From positions 16,288,001 to 16,352,000 of the forward strand of contig CP086569.2 in assembly GCA_009914755.4 (NCBI GenBank): a stretch of 64,000 nucleotides of DNA, read 5' to 3'. This stretch comes from the human T2T-CHM13v2.0 reference genome, Homo sapiens. The position numbers and the translations under genes are program-made. Positions 58,448-64,000 of this stretch are shown one piece after another (within the stretch, counting starts at the first letter, position 1; each line of letters opens with the position of its first letter). The notes under the pieces are model-generated. The model searched no databases. It worked only from the letters and a program-made list of their open reading frames with translations, and had not been told where the DNA came from.

Positions 58448-61400
58448 AAGAAGCTGAGAGTTTACCAGGCAAGAAAAAATGGAAGAAGTCAAAAGGAAGA
58501 CGCTCCCCCGTAAAGAGACAGTGAGAGGGGAGCTCCAAAGCTGAAAGAGGAGACCCTAAGTGGTGTGGAAACCAGCCAGGTATATAAAAAGGCTGGAGGA
58601 GGTAGTGTTTGATTTGGAAGGGTGCAGGGGATTGGTTTGATCAGGCAAGTCAATCACGTAGCCCTCGAAAAAACCGGCCCTCACACCCTAGCCTTTTAAT
58701 ATGCAAATGCAGGGTAGCATGATGTTCTACAGGAGTGGGGATATGTGGGGGCAAAGGCAAGAGGACAATGGTGGGAATCACTGCATTGGGTGGACCCAGT
58801 TTCTAATGGCCAGCATTTGCATATCAAAAGTTGCCTGTGGGTTCTAAGGGCCTGGACTTTCCTCATAGACAAGAAACATTTTTTGGAGCTGTTTTAAAAG
58901 AAATGGAAACTTTTACTCTCTATCTGCCCAAAATAATTTCTTAAAAATTTCTACCACAGTTCCAGAAAGGAACAAGTCATGGAGCCACAACTGGGAATAA
59001 CTCACATATTTGCATTAAGAATGCAGAAGCAATACCCAGGAAAGGGCAACAATGAGAACACACAAAATCCAAGGTCGTTTTGATCCACATGAACAATGCT
59101 TCTCTCAGAAAGTACTTAAGGGCCAGTCTGTTACCAAATTTGTTTGACAAAGGAATCTAGGAAAATACACCAGGAGAAAAAAATCCAAAAACATGCTGGT
59201 GAAGTCTACCCTCTCACCAAAGCTACCTTTATCCAAGTACACCTGGGCCCCAGAACTGCACAATTTCACCCTCATGAGCACCAAAACCCTACAGCCACCA
59301 CTGATCTCCCTTCAGTTAAGCAGCAGAACTGCACGTGGTAAAGGTTCTCAGCAAATATTGCTGTTAGATCAGAAAAAGGCCTGAGAGCCTAAAGCAGGAA
59401 ATGACAGCTGGGATGACACACAAGTGGCTTTGAAATGTTTATAAATAAGGAGGTTTTTTGGAAGGTGTGGGTAGGGATGGCAAGGGGTTGAAGATTGGAA
59501 GATAAATCCTGGCTTCTCTTTTGGGGCTTTTGGGGTTAGCTGCCCGGTGTAGAATTCAGGAAAAGGGCAGATCTGACAGAGAACTAGAAGCCCCATTTAA
59601 AATACAATGCTTCAGAGTGGCCTCTGGGCCAAGTAGGCAGGAAGAGCCTGTGGTCACTGGGAAACATACATTTTAACTAAAAAGAGATGAGACCCAGCCA
59701 GGGAGGTCAAGAGGTCATCAGTGCAGAGGCGTGTGCCGAAACCATGAGCTCGGAAGAGGTCTCCGCAAGAGGAGAGTGCCCACAACAAAACCACAGAGAG
59801 GCCACACAGGCACCAGTAGGAAGAGAAAGTGATGAGGAAGCCGGAAGAGGAATTACCCGAGAAAGATTTCCAAGGAGGATTAGGAAGCAGCAAAGAACCT
59901 GGGACATTTAAGAAAAGAGTACCCTCTGCAACTAACATGCACATCACTGCTACCTACGTCAGAACAATTTTTGTAAGTGTTAAGGCCAAAAATCCAGCTC
60001 ACAGTGAGGCAAGGGAAAACAGGGAGTGAGTTCCGCAAACAGAGCCCACTTTAGCAACAAGCCTGGATGAGAATGAAGGCAGAGAGACAAGCAAGTTTCA
60101 AAACACATCCTTAAAATCAGGACACTCACTAGTCCCAGCCAGCAGAAACAATAAGCATGGCAACGGGTACATGGCATTTATTACTCTATATTATAGTGTG
60201 ATCATATAAAGATGTTAACTTCTTCAGGCTTCTTAACTTCTTCACAGAAGTCCTGTCCACAGAATGCAGCCTCTCAATCATTGATGAGTACAGCCTCTCA
60301 ATCATTGTAGAGACTCTCAATTATTGATGAGATGAATTTAACCACTAGATGTCAGCCAGTGGGTCTTTTAGTATCTACAATTGTACCTGTACCTGTGAGG
60401 GCTGGCACAAGTATGAACAAAGGGTACCAAGACTACCAGTAATTGTAAGTAATAAAGTGCCCAGGAGTAAAAGTTAGAGGTGCTGGATTTTCACTGGGCT
60501 TTTCCAACTATTAATAGCTCCCCAGGTTGGCCTGACTCAATTCTAAATCTCAAATTTGATCACAATTTCAGTTGAAAAGCTTGACATGTAAGAATACCAC
60601 ATCAAAAGCTGATGAATAGTCAGCAAAATGCCAGTACTAAACGCAGGGGTGCAAATCACAAAAAGTAAGCTAGTCTGCTTACAGGTATTGTAATCATAAA
60701 AACCACCATTAATTTAGCACCAACCTAAATAGTAGTCATACAAAAAGAAAAAGCAGATATAAGTATCTACTTACCCAAAGAAATGCTTTATGTTAAGATA
60801 AACAAGGCAAATAAAGAGATGCAGAAAGAAAATAATGCACTTAAGTACTATATAGAAATCAGCAAAATGTTTAGTATTTAATAAAATACATGATTAGTTG
60901 AGGCTAGAACAGAAATGTGTGTAACACTTTGCTGCACTAAAAGTTTCTACAATAATCAAATCATCTTCTTTTTAAAAAGGAAAGGTTAAAAGGTTTCCAA
61001 GCTACTGCAATTGATGTAAATAAGGGAGAGAACACTGTGTATGAACAGGTAACCTCCAGGGCTCTAATGGCAGGGATACAACTGGGTCCAAGAGAAAATA
61101 CATGAGATGTGGGCAGCACTTCCGGAAGTCATTTCATCGCATCACTCAGTTCAAGCTCCGACCTCCAGTTTCCTAAGACCTTAGTAGCCTTAGAGTAAAA
61201 AGGGATGACACAGACCCAGTAGGCAGAAGTCTACTGAGAGATGCAGTGAGAGCCCAGTCACAGGAGCCCCTCGGGATCAGCTATAAGGCTACTTAGGAAC
61301 ATTATCTGTCATGTCTCATCAGCATATGACATAACACACAGGTTCCAGTGGCTACTCTTTGAAGAATTTTAGAAACTTTTATTCCTTTTTTAGGCACGAT

Positions 61401-63809
61401 GCCAACAAAATATCAGCTTCCAATTAAGACATCAAAAGACAATGTTTTTGACATCTGTCTCCTAATCCTGTAGACATCTGTCTATAAATCTGCACTATGA
61501 CAGAAAGACAAGGAACTGAAAAATGAGCACCATAAAATAGTACTCTTTATTTATAATATTTTCTGCTATAAGACACTTCTACAAGAAATATATTGCCACC
61601 ATAATGTTCAAGAGAGCTGAAGGTTCTGGAACTGATTCTTTTATATCTCTAACATGAATCTTCTAAAGATGCATGTTTACATTCTTGTCTCTTAAACAGA
61701 ATTAACTGATTATTACTTAATATTACTTTTGGGGCTGTTTTTAGTGGCTCATACTTAAGACTTCATTTTCCCTGTCCTATTTAACTTTTCAGGTATAAAG
61801 AAGAGTCAATAGTAGCATAGGAAACATCTATATACCCTATACCTGCATGCAACACACCTGAAACTATACAGATGCCATACTCTTCATTCCTCTAGCTCTC
61901 TGCATGTTTCTCCGAAGAATGATACTCTCTTACACAGCCTTAATACCACTGCCAAACCCAGGCAAATCAGCAATATTTCATTGTAACCTCTAAACACTCA
62001 GCACACATTGCAGCTGTCCAATTGTGACAAAAATCTCTTTTATAGATATTTTTCCCCAATCTAAGGTCCAATGAATTTTAGCCTCTTTTAAGGTGGAAAA
62101 ACCAGTTCCTACTTTTTCCCCATGATAGTCAACATATTCAAGGATCCAGGCAAGGTAGCTGGTGGAAAATCCTACATTCGGGATTTATCTTGCTGTTTCC
62201 ACATGATGCCACCTTCCATATTCCTCTACCCCTTTGAAACTCCTAGAGGTCCAAATGGATTCAGGTTAACCATTTCTGAGGTCACTTCAGAAAGCACACA
62301 TGACATGACATGCTGCTTTCTGGATGGCAAAGCTACATCAGTTGGGCCACAGGGTCAATTGTGGCCCCCAGAGCTGCCCGCTCTGAAGGCCCCTGTTTGC
62401 CTCTGTTATCAGTCAGTGACTTGTGGCATGGCACTGCGGGCACCTTCATCTCCTGCATGATTACTCTATGGTTTTGGCTTCCACTGACAATGCTTGTAGA
62501 AACCACTTACAGTCGGGATCCCAAAATGGTGAACTGGCTAATTCTGTCCATACTTATTAACTGGCATTCCTCTGTCAAAGAGTTCACCCCCAGCCACGCT
62601 TTTTCTCTCTTTTCTTTTGAGAATCATAATACAGAGTCTCCTTTTAAAAAAATAGAGTATTATCCTCTCTTCTGGTCATTCTTTTGATTACAAATGGTTC
62701 ATATTGTGCCAGTGGGACCCCCCACTGCATCCTGGCATGAGAAGGTGCTCATGCTCATGTAGTATTTTACTGGCCCTGGACCCTACAATCAGCCACATCT
62801 CCCCAAGGCCTGTGTTCCTTTCATTGGGCACGATGATTCCAAATGAATGATTTAATCTATTTTAAGCCCTCATGAGTATACCTGTATCACTTTGTGTGAA
62901 GTAGCCTAACAAATTGTGCAGAATGTAGGACCCCATTGACAAATATGCATCTTAGACTGAAACATTAAGTTTACTTTTCAAAAGCAGACAAAGCATAGGC
63001 AACTGCATTTGCTCTTGTTAACTCTGTGCTTTCTCAGGCATCGTGTGCCGAAGCCGTGAGTGTCCTTCGATCTCATGAGCAAACACCAAAGAGATTGTGG
63101 CATGTGTTCTCATACAGGGAGAAACAGAGCTGCATGGCTGCTGTATCCCACTGCATAGAACAGTGGAACCCATGCACATGAAACCTATTAGGTTCCTGTG
63201 AGTGCCCTCTCTTCAAAGGGTGCACAGCATGGCTCATCTCTTTCCCCGGCTGCCTACTCTTCCTGCCTTAGGGTTCTGGCCATCTACATACACAGGCAAT
63301 TTGCCTAGTACTTTTAACTTGTCTCACAGGCCCTGTACTTCTCACTAAAAAGTTCCATGCACCACCATAAGAGAGGAGTCTGCTCACCAGCTTTCCTGGG
63401 GGCAACTCTCCTCTGCAGGGCTGAGGATAGCGTGAAGGTATTGAACCTATATAGACCTAATAGAAACATCTCTCTAAAAAGGTGAGGAAGGGGTGCAGCA
63501 CTATTCTTGACAGAGGCGGCTGACCTGTGTCCAACCAAAGCACTATGCATAATTTCTAGATTAGAGGAAATACAGGGGACAGAAGAACAAGTAAGGTGGT
63601 ATGATGTGGAAAAAAACAAATCCAGAAATTTGGATGGTGTCACGATAACCATCCTAGACTCTTCCAAAAGTCACTGGGTAAAACACCAGGATGTGGTGAG
63701 ATTTTCAGTTTAAAATAGGCTAAAAGGATCTTACCAATGGGAGCTCTGTTGATCTCAGCCTGACAGAGATTAGTCTAGTATGTCTCTCTCTCTCTCTGTC
63801 TCTTTTTTT

Positions 63810-64000
63810 TTTTTGGAGACAGACTCCAGCATTGTATCCCAGGCTGGGGTGCACAATCTCAGCTCACTAAAACCTCTGCCTCCCAGACTCAAGTGATTCT
63901 CGTGCCTCAGCCGCCCAAGTAGCCGGGATTACAGGCGTGCGCCACCACGCCCAGATAATTTTTGTATTTTTAATAGAGACAGAGTTTCACCATGTTGGCC
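63810..64000 (-). mobile_element. Alu SINE, antisense, truncated by the window end
   Basis: Starts with a ctctctctctgtctct tract, then a T-run, then ggagacagactccagcattgtatcccaggctggggtgcacaatctcagctcactaaaacctctgcctcccag...gattacaggcgtgcgccaccacgcccag. Confidence 0.9.

Noticed and set aside
60265-60330. Roughly 2.5 copies of a 22-bp unit (cagcctctcaatcattgatgagta / cagcctctcaatcattgtagagact / ctcaattattgatgag)
   Set aside because: This is a very short local tandem duplication with no obvious function, noted only for completeness.
62122-62687. Two overlapping plus-strand ORFs (112 and 125 aa) near the 3' end of the window
   Set aside because: They have no recognisable motifs, overlap in different frames, and I see no start or splice context. 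I could not support them as coding.

Overview
This 64 kb window reads as primate (almost certainly human or great-ape) nuclear DNA that is dominated by nested transposable elements. I could not support any complete host gene, RNA gene, CRISPR array or prokaryote-style system. What I can support from the sequence is: (1) a HERV9 provirus on the minus strand at 5024-12536, with both LTR12 LTRs, gag/pro/pol remnants and most of env deleted; (2) a HERV-K-superfamily (HML, betaretrovirus-like) provirus at 18834-23613 that inserted into an older MaLR (MST/THE1-type) solo LTR with a 5-bp GTGGT target-site duplication (TSD), a Lys-type primer-binding site (PBS), large internal deletions and a later Alu insertion; (3) a large composite class-I (gamma-like) ERV at 41491-56355 with a tRNA-Pro-type PBS that has been invaded by a near-full-length L1 (with TSD) and carries an unusual Alu-fragment/HERV9-env/LTR12 block between its pol and env; (4) a second, 5'-truncated L1 at 25057-30812 with an 18-bp TSD; plus Alus, MaLR solo LTRs, an old L1 fragment and microsatellites. 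The only host-gene-like signal is one short open exon candidate with canonical splice sites at 270-359 on the minus strand. LTR12 promoters on that same strand lie downstream-facing towards it. I do not see a novel non-TE biological system here. The interesting content is the structure and history of the ERV nest.
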